Shown here: positions 1 through 11,548 of the stretch, in pieces | Position numbering within the stretch: the first letter of the stretch is position 1 | Layout: every line of letters begins with the position of its first letter | Origin: Leucoraja ocellata | Lineage: Eukaryota | Reading direction: 5' to 3' | Assembly: GCA_036785375.1 (NCBI GenBank) | Contig: JAWMAR010000060.1 | Location: 4,216,001-4,280,000 of the forward strand | DNA length: 64,000 nucleotides | The notes under the pieces: generated by a model | What the model saw: only the letters and a program-made list of their open reading frames with translations | What the model was told of the DNA's origin: nothing | Database searches by the model: none | Translations under genes and position numbers: made by a program

Positions 1-752
1 AACAAATAATTTTATGGGCAGAGGTAACACTGGGAATTGAACGTTTTATTCCCATGTAACAAGGTTCTTAATCAGTCAGCTACAGAGAGGTTACAGGAAC
101 AACTCATGCTAGCTAATGAGGATTGTTAAAATGCCCTTCACAGCCATATTACTTCTCATTAACATTAAGTAAACATTTAATTAAGCATATTTTAGAGCCT
201 GCTTTATTATTACAAATTGAATGATCTGGGCGATTGGAACATGCAGCGTGAGGCACAGTGACCTTTTCAAGCCCTGGAACCAGTTGCAGCTTGGACTATG
301 TGGGTGAAAGGCTCCTTTTTCTTCTCGGTTGGACATGATTTGAACAAAGCAGGTTTGAGCTGGATCCATTTCATCTCCTGGTAAATGGCTCCACACTGTT
401 CATGATTGGTGTTGAATGGTACCAAACTGACAATCTCACTACTGTGTGGGAAATAGAAATGTCGCACCAGTGTTTTATAGTGCGCTGTTGGGCAGCACAG
501 GGAGATTTATTTTCCACCTAACTCATTTAAGAGTGCTCGACGCTGACATTCCATGGGCAGTGTGGACATTCCTCCACACTAACATTTTTTATACTCTGCG
601 TATATATTTTCAAAAAAACAATGAATCATGGTTTGCTCAAAATTCACTCACCACACCCAGGCAATTGTAATTTAACCCTCAGTGGACTTTATCAAATGAT
701 ATATTATTTTCTGAACTCTTTCCATGCTTGCACAAGAAAAGCATACACTTTG

Positions 753-1066
753 GGATAGCACAGTGGCGCACCGGTAGAGTTGCTGCCTGATGGCATCAGA
801 GACCCAGGTTCAATCCTGGCCTCTAGTGCTGTCAGTATGGAGTTTGTATGTTCTCCCTGTGACCACATGGGTTTTCTCCGGGTGATCGTGTTTCTTCCCA
901 CGCTCCAAAAGGCCTATAGGTTTGTAGGTTAATTGGCTTTGGTAAGTTGTAAAATTGTCTAGTGTGTGTATAGGTAAATGTATGGGGTGATTGCTGATCG
1001 GCGCGGACTTGGTATGCCGAAGGGTTTGATTTGAGCTGTACCTCTAACGTCTAAAGACTAAAGACT
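753..1066 (+). mobile_element. HE1-like tRNA-derived V-SINE
   Basis: tRNA-like head with A-box (CAGTGGCGCACCGG) and B-box (GGTTCAATCC), V-domain-like core (GGAGTTTGTATGTTCTCCC...GGTTTTCTCCGGGTG), CR1-like 3' part and short tandem tail (CTAAAGA). Several related copies in the window. Confidence 0.8.
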
Positions 1067-1329
1067 TAGGTCTCTTCAAATCATATTTAATGGGATGAAT
1101 TTTACATGGAATATGAAGTTCCGTCAATCACATTATGAGGTATGCAATGTTGTGATTGTAATTCTGGATAAATAGCAACCAGTAGAGTGTTAAAAATTAG
1201 TTCTACACAGTTCAATTTCTACACCTATGTGTTCAGATGTTAAGTTACGAGTGAGTGTGTGATTTAGTTCTAGTGCTACTAAAGATACACTCCTTTGTAC
1301 AGATATGGTCACGTGTGTGTATTTTAGGA

Positions 1330-1570
1330 GATCTTTAAAAATCCCATGGCACCAACTGAAGTACAAGATGTTCTTTCATTTCTTCATCTCTGTTCCTCAC
1401 TCAGTCAAGACCAATGACAATCAATTGCCTGATCATTAAGCTCATTGGTACTTGTGGGACTGATGGTACAGAGTGGTGTGCTGCACTCGGTTGCTTAAAA
1501 ACAGCCATGGCACCAAGTTGTTATAGAATTAACGCGCGTTTGCATAAGGTAATTGGGACATAAATCAACA
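1330..1570 (+). mobile_element. Degenerate Deu-domain SINE (SacSINE1/AmnSINE1-like) remnant
   Basis: AAAAATCCCATGGCAC...TGATCATTAAGCTCATTGGTACTTGTGGGAC resembles the Deu domain as recalled; highly diverged. Confidence 0.35.
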
Positions 1571-1881
1571 CAAGTTTAGCCTTGGTGTAGAGGGCAGGCA
1601 CTTTGAAATTACAATAAATATTAATTGCAAAAATATTCTTTCAATTCACTTTCTTGGAGAGATTCACATTTTCAGTATGCAAAGCAAAATGAAAAAGGAA
1701 ATTTTAGGAAGGAATAAACAAAGCAAAACTATAGTAGTTGTTAGTTAATGTCACGATTTAAATGGTGGTAGCTTAATTATAGAAGTGTTGCTTGGGTTTT
1801 TATTTTGAGGAGTTACTGATGTTATTCCCTTTTCTCCAAAGTCTCTGAAGTCACAGGAAGGGACCTGACCTGCTTCTCTGC

Positions 1882-1996
1882 AGTCTCAGGAAGGGTCCCA
1901 ACCTGAAACATCACCTATCCATATTCTCCAGAGATGCAACCCGACCTGTCAATTTATCCCTTTTTTGTAAACCAGCATTTGTAGTTACCTGTTTCT
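1882..1996 (+). mobile_element. Penelope-like terminal repeat fragment with degenerate hammerhead core
   Basis: GAAGGGTCCCAACCTGAAACATCACCTATCCATATTCTCCAGAGATGC...AAACCAGCATTTGTAGTT; same family as 10994-11125. Confidence 0.55.
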
Positions 1997-3147
1997 TCTT
2001 CTCTCCGTTATTAGTCTATTGTCAATTTGCAGTTGAAGCTTTCCTTACCTCAGTTAAAAAAAAATCCTGATATATTTTTAAATCATGGTGAAAATAAAGC
2101 AAATGTTATCAATGCAACAAACTTGACATTGCATCTTCTGGGTTAGGAAGAAGAGATTGGCTGATTGATTATATCAGAAACGGGCAAAAGGAAGTTGCAG
2201 AGCATGGTGGGAGATTTCAGTGAACAGCACCTGGTTATCAGGAGCCCTCAGTGGCAACAGGTGGACAGGAGCTGATGACAATGGTACCAAGTGTCAAGTG
2301 AGAACTCACCACACTATGCAATGCATGATGGGGAGTAATTGAACTATTGTTGATTGGATCACACCACTGCCACACCTGGTCCCATACCTCCTGCATAGCC
2401 GATCCCACTGCACCCACACTTCTGCCCCAACACTGACCCCGCATCACATCAGTTCCCCAACTCTGACTCCACCACCTAAAAATATTTCTTACACCCTTGA
2501 ACCTCAACTAACCATATGCCAGTTAACTCCAGCTGTTACATCATTCATATTTGTCTCATTCCAAAAATGACTAAACCCTTAGTTCTATGCCCCAAAGCCC
2601 TCCCCTCCCCGAAGCTTCTACCCACCTGATTCCAGTATCCTCCACCACTGGCCCTTTCTCTACTTCTCCCCATCTGCTCCACAACCAGCAACCTGCTTAA
2701 TCCTCACAGATGGTTCCTTTGTGACTTTCAGCACACACACAGTAGATGACCTCCCAAACGATCAGGGGTTTGGATATGGGTGACTTTAATAAGACTGTTG
2801 TGAAACCTTTCAAAACATGTTTTAAGTTAATTTCCAGTCACGAAGAAATCGTTAACACTGTCAGCTAATGTTGCACTGAAACTTATTGAGCTGCAAGGTA
2901 TAGGGTTTGATACTGATTAAGGAACCTCAGTTGATTATGGAGGCATGAGCCAAGTTGGCAGAACTGAGAGAGAAGGTTTATCAAAGGCACCAATGGTAAG
3001 TGGATGCCTGGATTGGTGGATGCAAGATATCTGAGTGGCTGTGATGCTTCCTCTTATCAAGTAGCCCTTGATGAAATGTTGAGATGATGAGATGAGATGG
3101 CACATGAAATATTTTCTTTAGAGCACATCCTGACATTACCAGGAGTA

Positions 3148-3343
3148 AGATGCAAAAAGCTGGAGTAACTCAGTGGGTTAGACAGCATGTCTGGAACAAA
3201 GGAATAGATTACATTTTTGGTCAAGCCCCTTCTTCATTATCCTATTTCATTTCTCCAGAGATGCTGTCTGAACCACTGAGTTACTCCAGCTTTTTTGTGT
3301 CTATCTTCGGTTTAAAACTACAGGTGAAGTTACTGCCTACACA
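3148..3343. mobile_element. Penelope-like terminal repeats in inverted (head-to-head) arrangement
   Basis: CAAAAAGCTGGAGTAACTCAGTGGGTTAGACAGCAT is mirrored by ATGCTGTCTGAACCACTGAGTTACTCCAGCTTTTT; same family as 10994-11125. Confidence 0.6.
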
Positions 3344-3368
3344 TTATCAAGAGGAAGGCAGGAGTAGA

Positions 3369-5648
3369 AGAAACATAGAAACATAGAAATTAGGTGCAGG
3401 AGTAGGCCATTCGGCCCTTCGAGCCTGCACCGCCATTCAATATGATCATGGCTGGTCATCCAACTCAGTATCCCGTACCTGCCTTCTCTCCATACCCTCT
3501 GATCCCCTTAGCCACAAGGGCCACATCTAACTCCCTCTTAAATATAGCCAATGAACTGGCCTCGACTATCCTCTGTGGCAGAGAGTTCCAGAGATTCACC
3601 ACTCTCTGTGTGAAAAAAGTTCTTCTCATCTCGGTTTTAAAGGATTTCCCCCTTAACCTTAAGCTGTGACCCCTTGTCCTGGACTTCCCCAACATCGGGA
3701 ACAATCTGTCTGCATCTAGCCTGTCCAACCCCTTAAGAATTTTGTAAGTTTCTATAAGATCCCCTCTCAATCTCCTAAATTCTAGAGAGTATAAACCAAG
3801 TCTATCCAGTCTTTCTTCATAAGACAGTCCTGACATCCCAGGAATCAGTCTGGTGAACCTTCTCTGCACTCCCTCTATGGCAATAATGTCCTTCCTCAGA
3901 TTTGGAGACCAAAACTGTACGCAATACTCCAGGTGTGGTCTCACCAAGACCCTGTACAACTGCAGTAGAACCTCCCTGCTCCTATACTCAAATCCTTTTG
4001 CTATGGAAGCTAACATACCATTCGCTTTCTTCACTGCCTGCTGCACCTGCATGCCTACTTTCAATGACTGGTGTACCATGACACCTAGATCTCGCTGCAT
4101 CTCCCCTTTTCCTAATCGGCCATCATTTAGATAATAGTCTGTTTTCCTGTTTTTGCCACCAAAATAGATAACCTCACATTTATCTACATTATACTGCATC
4201 TGCCAAACATTTGCCCACTCACCCAGCCTATCCAAGTAACCTTGCAGTCTCATAGCATCCTCCTCACAACTAACACTGCCCCCCAGCTTAGTGTCATCCG
4301 CAAACTTGGAGATATTGCCTTCAATTCCCTCATCCAGATCATTAATATATATTGTAAATAGCTGGGGTCCCAGCACTGAGCCTTGCGGTACCCCACTAGT
4401 CACTGCCTGCCATTGTGAAAAGGACCCGTTTACTCCTACTCTTTGCTTCCTGTTTTCCAGCCAGTTCTCTATCCACATCAATACTGAACCTCCAATGCCG
4501 TGTGCTTTAAGTTTGTATACTAATCTCTTATGAGGGACCTTGTCGAAAGCCTTCTGGAAGTCCAGATACGCCACATCCACTGGTTCTCCCCTATCCACGC
4601 TACTAGTTACATCCTCGAAAAATTATATAAGATTCGTCAGACATGATTTACCTTTCATACATCCATGCTGACTTTGTCCAATGATTTCACCACTTTCCAA
4701 ATGTGCTGCTATCCCATCTTTAATAACTGACTCTAGCAGTTTCCCCACTACCGATGTTAGACTAACTGGTCTGTAATTCCCCGTTTTCTCTCTCCTTAAA
4801 AAGTGGGGTTACGTTTGCTACCCGCCAATCCTCTGGAACTACTCCAGAATCTAAAGAGTTTTGAAAGATTATTACTAATGCATCCACTATTTCTGGAGCT
4901 ACTTCCTTAAGTACTCTGGGATGCAGCCTATCTGGCCCTGGGGATTTATCGGCCTTTAATCCATTCAATTTACCCAACACCACTTCCCGACTAACCTGAA
5001 TTTCACTCAATTCCTCCAACTCCTTTGACCCGCGGCCCCTTGCTATTTCCGGCAGATTATTTATGTCTTCCTTTGTGAAGACGGAACCAAAGTAGTTATT
5101 CAATTGGTCCGCCATATCCTTGTTCCCCATGATCAACTCACCTGTTTCTGGCTGCAAGGGACCTACATTTGTTTTAACTAATCTCTTTCTTTTCACATAT
5201 CTATAAAAACCTTTGCAGTCAGTTTTTTTGTCCCCTGCCAGTTTTCTTTCATAATCCATTTTTCCTTTCCTAATTAAGCCCTTTGTCCTCCTCTGCTGGT
5301 CTCTGAATTTCTCCCAGTCCTCCGGTATGCTGTTTTTTCTGGCTAATTTGTATGCATCATCCTTCGCTTTGATACTATCCCTGATTTCCCTTGTTATCCA
5401 CGGATGCACTACCTTCCCTGATTTATTCTTTTGCCAAACTGGGATGAACAATTTTTGTAGTTCATCCATGCAGTCTTTAAATGTCTTCCATTGCATATCC
5501 ACCGTCAACCCTTTTAGAATTAATTGCCAGTCAATCTTGGCCAATTCACGTCTCATACCCTCAGTTACCTTTCTTTAAGTTCAGAACCATTGTTTCTGAA
5601 TTAACAATGTCACTCTCCATCCTAATGAAGAACTCAACCATATTATGG
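3369..5648 (-). mobile_element. CR1-clade LINE, 5'-truncated, young
   Basis: Contains ORF2 remnants; 3' UTR ends in (TTTCTATG)n tail near 3369-3390. Confidence 0.93.
3465..5556 (-). pseudogene. CR1 ORF2 reverse transcriptase remnant, frameshifted (ORFs 4762-5556 and 3465-4598)
   Basis: Motifs KSPGPD.LHPRVLKE, VPEDWRVANVTPLFK, YLDFQKAFDKVPH, SGVPQGSVLGPQLF, SKFADDTKL, LVRPHLEYCVQFWSP, FFTQRVVNLWNSLP; frameshift after TPLFK. Confidence 0.92.
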
Positions 5649-6794
5649 GATAAAGGGAACAAACGTCACCTTGAACACACAAGGAACTGCTTGACGCAGG
5701 GGTTCTATCTTGGGTGCAGTTGTTGATTTGTAGCTCCACCCACTTTGAAAAACATTTACCTTGGAATTACTGATTGCCCTTACCTTGGTGTACTGAATGG
5801 GCTGAAAAATAGCAAAAATGGTGAAAGGGCATATTTTGGAAAGATTGCCATGATGGTTTCTGCAATGAGCCATGCACAGAAACATAACCTTTTTGCAGAG
5901 CTTGCAGTGGATTGCAGCACTTTCATGTAAATCCTGGGAAGCAAGTCAATTCTGACAGCACCCTCTCAGCATCGGAGCAGGGAAGGCTGCCACTGAGGCG
6001 AGAATAATGGAAAGTGGCGATGGAGGAACAAGATGCTCTCTAGGGTATCTGAACCCAACCCATGCAATGGCTCTGCCCAATCTATCCCTCTGCTGTGAAT
6101 GACCCCTCAAGCCTCTGTGTGCTGCCAGTGGATCAATGGGCCAGTGATCACTGCATGCAGGCCACAAGTGGTTGGTACAGAAGCTGTGATCAGTGAAGAG
6201 GGCTCGAGGGAATGACCTAACATACCAGTCGCCATTGAGAAGTGCAGCCAGGAGTTGCTGTGGACAGGAAATTGAAGGGATGTTTTAACTGCTGTGTCAT
6301 TCCTAAACATTGTGTAATGTGCTGTTGTGTGGTTTTTTGTGTTAGCAACAGAAGTCATGGATTAGACTCAAAAGCTCCAGTTTCTTCCTGCAGTGAAGGA
6401 AACTGGCCTGGCAGCACTTTGTGATGCCATGATATGTGACCGGCATAGGGCAGACATCAGCTGGGTGCTGGCCCTTCGTGCCTGCAAATGTCCAGGCCAA
6501 TTTCCCTGATATACTTGGTAAAGTTGGATTAATACAGTAAAAAATGAATGTTACCTAAGAAGCAGGTATGATAAATGACAGTTGCAATCCATCACCAGTG
6601 GGTGACCTGATTATTAATTTTAGAAAAATATACAGAACTATTTTCTATTTAGATTGGGGCACAGCTGTCATGCCCACTGCAACTTTCAAACGTATTCCAT
6701 TTTGAATTTTTTCTTTACGCATCTCTTCCTACTATTTCTCCCAGAACATCCAGCTTTTGCAAAATTAGCGGCAAAGATTGCGAAGGTCTGATTT

Positions 6795-6901
6795 CTTGAA
6801 TAGTACGGGTGTCATTGATGATCTATCCATGATTGAATGGCAGAGTAGAATTGATGGGCCGAATGGTCTAATTCTGCTCCTAGTTCTTATGAACTTATGA
6901 A
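6795..6901 (+). mobile_element. CR1 3' UTR fragment
   Basis: GAATGGCAGAGTAGAATTGATGGGCCGAATGGTCTAATTCTGCTCC followed by (CTTATGAA)2 tail. Confidence 0.6.
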
Positions 6902-8351
6902 TTCACACCAAACACCATTTATGCTTAAAATTCTGCAGCTTCTTCACTGAATCAAGAAAGCCCACTAGATGGTAGTTTGGGGGCCTAGGGAAGCTTAAGG
7001 ATGTGATAGTGAGCTGAGTGATGCCACAAATAATGAAATAAATCATGTGATGAAAATGAGTACATAGCTGTGGTGGCCTGAGCAAACTTGTAAATAAGGC
7101 AATAAATGAAGATAATGTATGGTGCTTAAGACAGGTAGTGTGGGGCACTACATTTTCAAATAGAAGTAATGCCATTAAATTAATTGATTAATTCATATCT
7201 TTTCCACTCATTTCTGTGAAAGCTTTGAATATTCAGTTCAGAAATTCTGCAGGTACTAATTAAATAAAATGATGGCTTTCCCATGCCTGATGTACAACAA
7301 ACATCATGGATCAGACTCAAAATAAGTGCTTAATATAGACAGCTTTAAACTGTAGCAATATTGCTACTTGTTTTGCTGTTGACAAGATGTTATAGAGGTT
7401 AGTGCTACTGTAGCTCAATTATGTCTTCACCATTAACGGCATGTCAGTCACGAGAAATAATTCAGAAAATCCTTGCTCCCCCACATATAATTAAGTTGAC
7501 AAAGGTACCAACTGCAAAATCAGATCAATAAAAGATGCCAAAAATGAAATTCAATCATCACCAGATCTTAGCTAGACTTGTATCTGAAATTAATCTCTGG
7601 AGAGGAAATTATAAATGCTTCATGCTTAAAATGTTTAGAAAGAGACCTAAATATAATGACCTTAATTCATAATTCATTCACTGCAAGAAAAAGCTGAAAA
7701 TGTGCATTACAATAGAAGTCAGATACCCATTATGGGCTGTCAGTTGCATATAATATGATACAGTTTTTCACAGAATTCTAGACTTGTTTCCTAACCATGT
7801 ATTAATTAGATTTTTTTCCTCTGCTCTACTGCAGTCAGGATTGTGTGGATGTGTTACAGCCATTTCTTGATTTGTTTGTCTTCCTTCGTTACTACCTGTG
7901 TCATCAGACAAAGACGTCTCAAATTAAAAATGGTGCCAATTTTTAAAGCTTTAGAATTTTGCCTTTAACTATGTATAATGCCTTGGAGGGTAATCTACAA
8001 AAAAGTCCTATCAGGATGTGGAGGTGGATACCAGAGTTTAGGATGAGAGAGAAATGGGAAGCCAATGTTGATAGAAAAGTGGGGCTTACTTGAGTGTTGC
8101 AGGATACACATGTAGGGATTGTAAAGGATGATTCACTTGCTCTGGAGCATGATTGATTCAACTGGTATTTCCCTACATATTTATTCTAATTTCAGCTTTC
8201 AGGTTACCCTAATTCTGCTCCTTATTTCCTTGGCCGCATTTGCAAGTAATCCGAATCTGAGAATGGCCAGCAGCAATTCCAACTAATCACTACTGAATGA
8301 GCCCCAGTCTGCACCTCTTAAAGAGGAGGTGCTCATTGTCTACAACCAGTG

Positions 8352-8712
8352 GATGCCTCTTACCTCCTTCCATCGGGCAGAAGAGCCAACAGCTTGAAAG
8401 CATGTACCAGCAGGTTCAAGAACATCTTCTTTCCTGCTGTTATCAAACTAGAGCAGACCTCCCATAAGCTAGGGTGTGGCGCCGATCTTCCTACCTACCT
8501 CCAAGTGGACCTTGGACCTTTCTCTCTGTAATTGTAATTCCCTAATGTTGTAACACTATATCCTGCACTTTGGTATATTTCACTTTTGACCATCTCTTGT
8601 ACTTGTTCATGATGTAATTGTACTCATGTACAGTATGATTTGAGTTGTTAGCATGCAAACAAAACTTTTCACTGCAGCTCTTTTACATGTCAAGAATAAA
8701 CCAATACAAATA
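8352..8712 (+). mobile_element. Rex1/Babar LINE 3' end fragment
   Basis: Translates LLPSGRR..SLKA.TSRFKNIFFPAVIK, matching the C-terminus of the Rex1 ORFs at 21366 and 23145; 3' UTR with TTTCACTG...AATAAA. Confidence 0.7.
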
Positions 8713-9049
8713 GCATGGAACATATCGAAGACTGTAGTTCACGCAGGCTTCAAATATGGTTCTGACAAAATATTTGCTTGAATGCTGCCTTGCTTGACAA
8801 AATGGAGAGAATGGGGGAGGTCCTCAAGCCGCAGATCCTCGATCCATAATCAAACGTCAGTAGGATGGTGCCATGCTCAAAGGCAAATCCAGGAGTGAAT
8901 CTTCAAGGATAACATTACAACATGGTTACAAAGTTTAATGATCTCACACCTGGGATCAAGTCCATTGAGTCAGTTTTAAAAGTTATATATTCACTGGACA
9001 CCAATTGATGGATAATGTTAGCATTTACTGTTCATTCTTAAAATGAGGT

Positions 9050-9290
9050 GGTTTAAGTCAACTCCATTATTGGACCAGTAATCACATATAGGCCAGATGT
9101 ATAACGCTTCCTTTCCTGACATTGATGAACCAGATGAGTTTTTACAACAATCCAGTAGTGCATTGGGTGATTGTTACTTGAATTTAAACTCCTCAGTTGC
9201 CATGATGAGATTTGACCTCTCTTCTTAGGGTCCATGGTTCAGGCATTTGAATACGAGTAGAGTAACATAATCACTATGCTACCATCCCCA
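9050..9290 (-). mobile_element. Old tRNA-derived SINE remnant
   Basis: Minus strand has a degenerate tRNA-like head (GGTAGCATAGTG...) and GTAAAAACTCATCTGGTTCATCAATGTC; related fragment near 29930-30010 (+). Confidence 0.4.
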
Positions 9291-9824
9291 GTCAGCCCTA
9301 CAAATACACTACAAACCTGCCTCCTTGCTCTTCGGTAGTGGTGTTACAGAACATTCCGCTGTCCAACATTTCCACACTGATAACAAGTACCTGAAGCAAC
9401 AGGCTAACCTTGGCCCAAGCTGTTTGTCCCTCTGCAGGGCCATTGGATCAGCCCCGAAGGCAGCCTCAATGATTGGCAAAGCGATAACTGAAGATTTCAA
9501 GCTCTGCCCCATTTGCCGCACTGTCTAGAACTTATTTGCATCGTCACACAGCTTGTGAAATAAACTGAACTCCAACAAAACTGCCAGTCATGGAGCATCC
9601 CTGGGCAAGGCTGCTTCCAACCACTAAACATCGAGGTTCCCTTTGGTTTTAGTGGAAAGCTGTGGTCCTTTTCAACAGAGCTGGGTTCCAATCAGCAATA
9701 CATGAAGATTGACATCACCAATCATGTGCACATACCTCTGACATGCATATGACTATGCACCACTGCCATACCCAATTTGCCATGCAGGGTAAGTCAACCC
9801 CAAAAATGTGTTATCGTGATGTGT

Positions 9825-9962
9825 CTTCTTCTTGCGTATGGCGTGCACAGCCTAAAGTTGTAGGACAACATGTTCTATTTGATCTTATTTGATTGTGCAA
9901 GCTGGGTTGATTGCATCCGTCGAAACAGTGCAGACCACGTGAAGGTTGCAATCTCCCGCTCC
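9825..9962 (-). mobile_element. 138-bp ribozyme-headed non-autonomous retroelement (ingi/Vingi-like 3' end)
   Basis: Ends in GCCATACGCAAGAAGAAG; imperfect 12-bp TSD ATCGTGATGTGT (9813-9824) / ATTGTGATGAGT (9963-9974); 5' end folds as an HDV-like ribozyme. Confidence 0.7.
9909..9962 (-). ncRNA. Predicted minimal HDV-like (CPEB3-type) self-cleaving ribozyme
   Basis: GGAGCGG GA GAUUGCA ACC UUCACGU GGU CUGCACU GU UUCGA CGGA UGCAAUC: P1 6/7 bp with G1.U wobble, P2 7/7, P3 3/3, L3 UUCACGU, J4/2 starting with C. Confidence 0.72.
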
Positions 9963-10993
9963 ATTGTGATGAGTAAAAAACATTGAGGTAAATCGTCAGC
10001 CGTTGCACCACCAGAAACGACGCCTCAAAGCCCAATTTTGCATCCAGTGTCTTCAACACAAATTTCCTACAGGCATCAACTAAGATGTTCTTTACCTGTG
10101 ACAAGAAGACCAATGCTGGCAGTTGATGTATAGTGAGGATTTGTGGCCATATAAAAGTGGAGTCAGAGTTCAGTTAAAAGCTTCCCAGACGGTTACAAAA
10201 TACAGACAATTGATTTTGTAGTAATCTCTCCTGACGAGCATCTCTTGGTTGTTTACAGACCCGTCGATGGGCACAGCAGAGCTACATCCTGTAACAGCTC
10301 AAACAGGCGACAGTGAATCTCTCTTTTTATATCCACAAGATCTCACTCAGACAAATGGAGGATGGCTGTGAATATGTCAGCTCGCGATGATCACATTTTC
10401 ATAAAACATGTTGCCAGGCTCTATTATGACAAAATGCAACGAGGATGTTACAAATCTATGCATACAGTTTTTAAAAAAACACAAAGGTATCAATGAAAGT
10501 AAAGGGCAAATGCACAATGATCTCATCACCGCATAGGAGCATTTATTGCTTTGTGTGAATACTAATGAAAGAAATAATTCACAAACAGATGACAATGGCT
10601 ATTGATCTCACTAAGTTACTCCACATGTTCGTGAACTCGCACCACCTTGTCTATATTGAATTTCTTGTCAATGACACGACTGGAAATGAACATTGGCAAT
10701 ATATTAGCATTTATTGAAAAAATTAAGTCAATGCATCGTTAAAATATCAATGAAATCCCATTAAACATTCACATTCTAATTTTAGCTGTTTGGCCAGACT
10801 CCTTTCTTAACCTTGGTAGGAACAATGAAGAAAAAAGCTGACGACCAAATCTACTGGTTGTACAAAACGCTCGTGTTCAGTGCAATATTATTGATTAATT
10901 CTCTTTTTAGAAAGACAGAGACAGACTCACAGGGACAGAGAGAGGCAAGCACCGAATAAAGGCTCTGGAGGAAGTATGATCAAGCTCTTATGT

Positions 10994-11125
10994 GTTCAAG
11001 AAGGAACTGCAGATGCTGGAAGATCGAAGGTACACAAAAATGCTGGAGAAACTCAGCGGGTGCAGCAGCATCTATGGAGCGAAGGAAATAGGCGACGTTT
11101 CGGGCCGAAACCCTTCTTCAGACTG
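10994..11125 (-). mobile_element. 132-bp Penelope-derived mini-element with 18-bp TSD
   Basis: Perfect direct repeat ATGATCAAGCTCTTATGT at 10976-10993 and 11126-11143; hammerhead core at the 5' end; many degenerate relatives in the window. Confidence 0.8.
11091..11125 (-). ncRNA. Predicted minimal type I hammerhead ribozyme motif
   Basis: CAGU CUGAAGA A GGGU UUCG GCCC GAAA C GUC GCC: core boxes CUGANGA and GAAA, 4-bp helix II with UUCG loop, palindromic ACGU and GUC triplet; helix I only about 2 bp in this copy. Confidence 0.6.
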
Positions 11126-11548
11126 ATGATCAAGCTCTTATGTTGCCAATTGCTTGGACTTCCAGCTCATCTGCTAGGAAGACCTCTCAATGTGCTTGCA
11201 AACTGATATGCAAACTTTTATTGGCTTCTTGCAAGTGAAGAATTGTTCCACTGAAACCACACTCAGTACTGGGTTAGTGCTGGATCACCTTGGAATGTAT
11301 ACTCCTGAGTTACTGACAGTTCATGGATCATCCTTTGAAGATTTCTTTATGCCTTGATCTGAAAGGAGAAAGGATATTGATATTTCAGGGGCTGAGTAAT
11401 CATTTGAACTTGAGAAGGAAGACAGGTGGATTCCTTTGCTGGACTGATTCAAACCATGACTGAAAGGAAGGTCACGCAGAGTTCACATAACATTGAAATG
11501 TCTTCAACTGAGTCACTCATTTTCTTTTGTTCTTTTAGACACTGATAA

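Noticed and set aside
753-830. tRNA gene
   Set aside because: A/B boxes belong to the tRNA-derived head of a multi-copy SINE; no complete cloverleaf.
3853-4533. Plus-strand ORFs overlapping CR1
   Set aside because: Antisense shadows of the LINE ORF2; recur in each CR1 copy.
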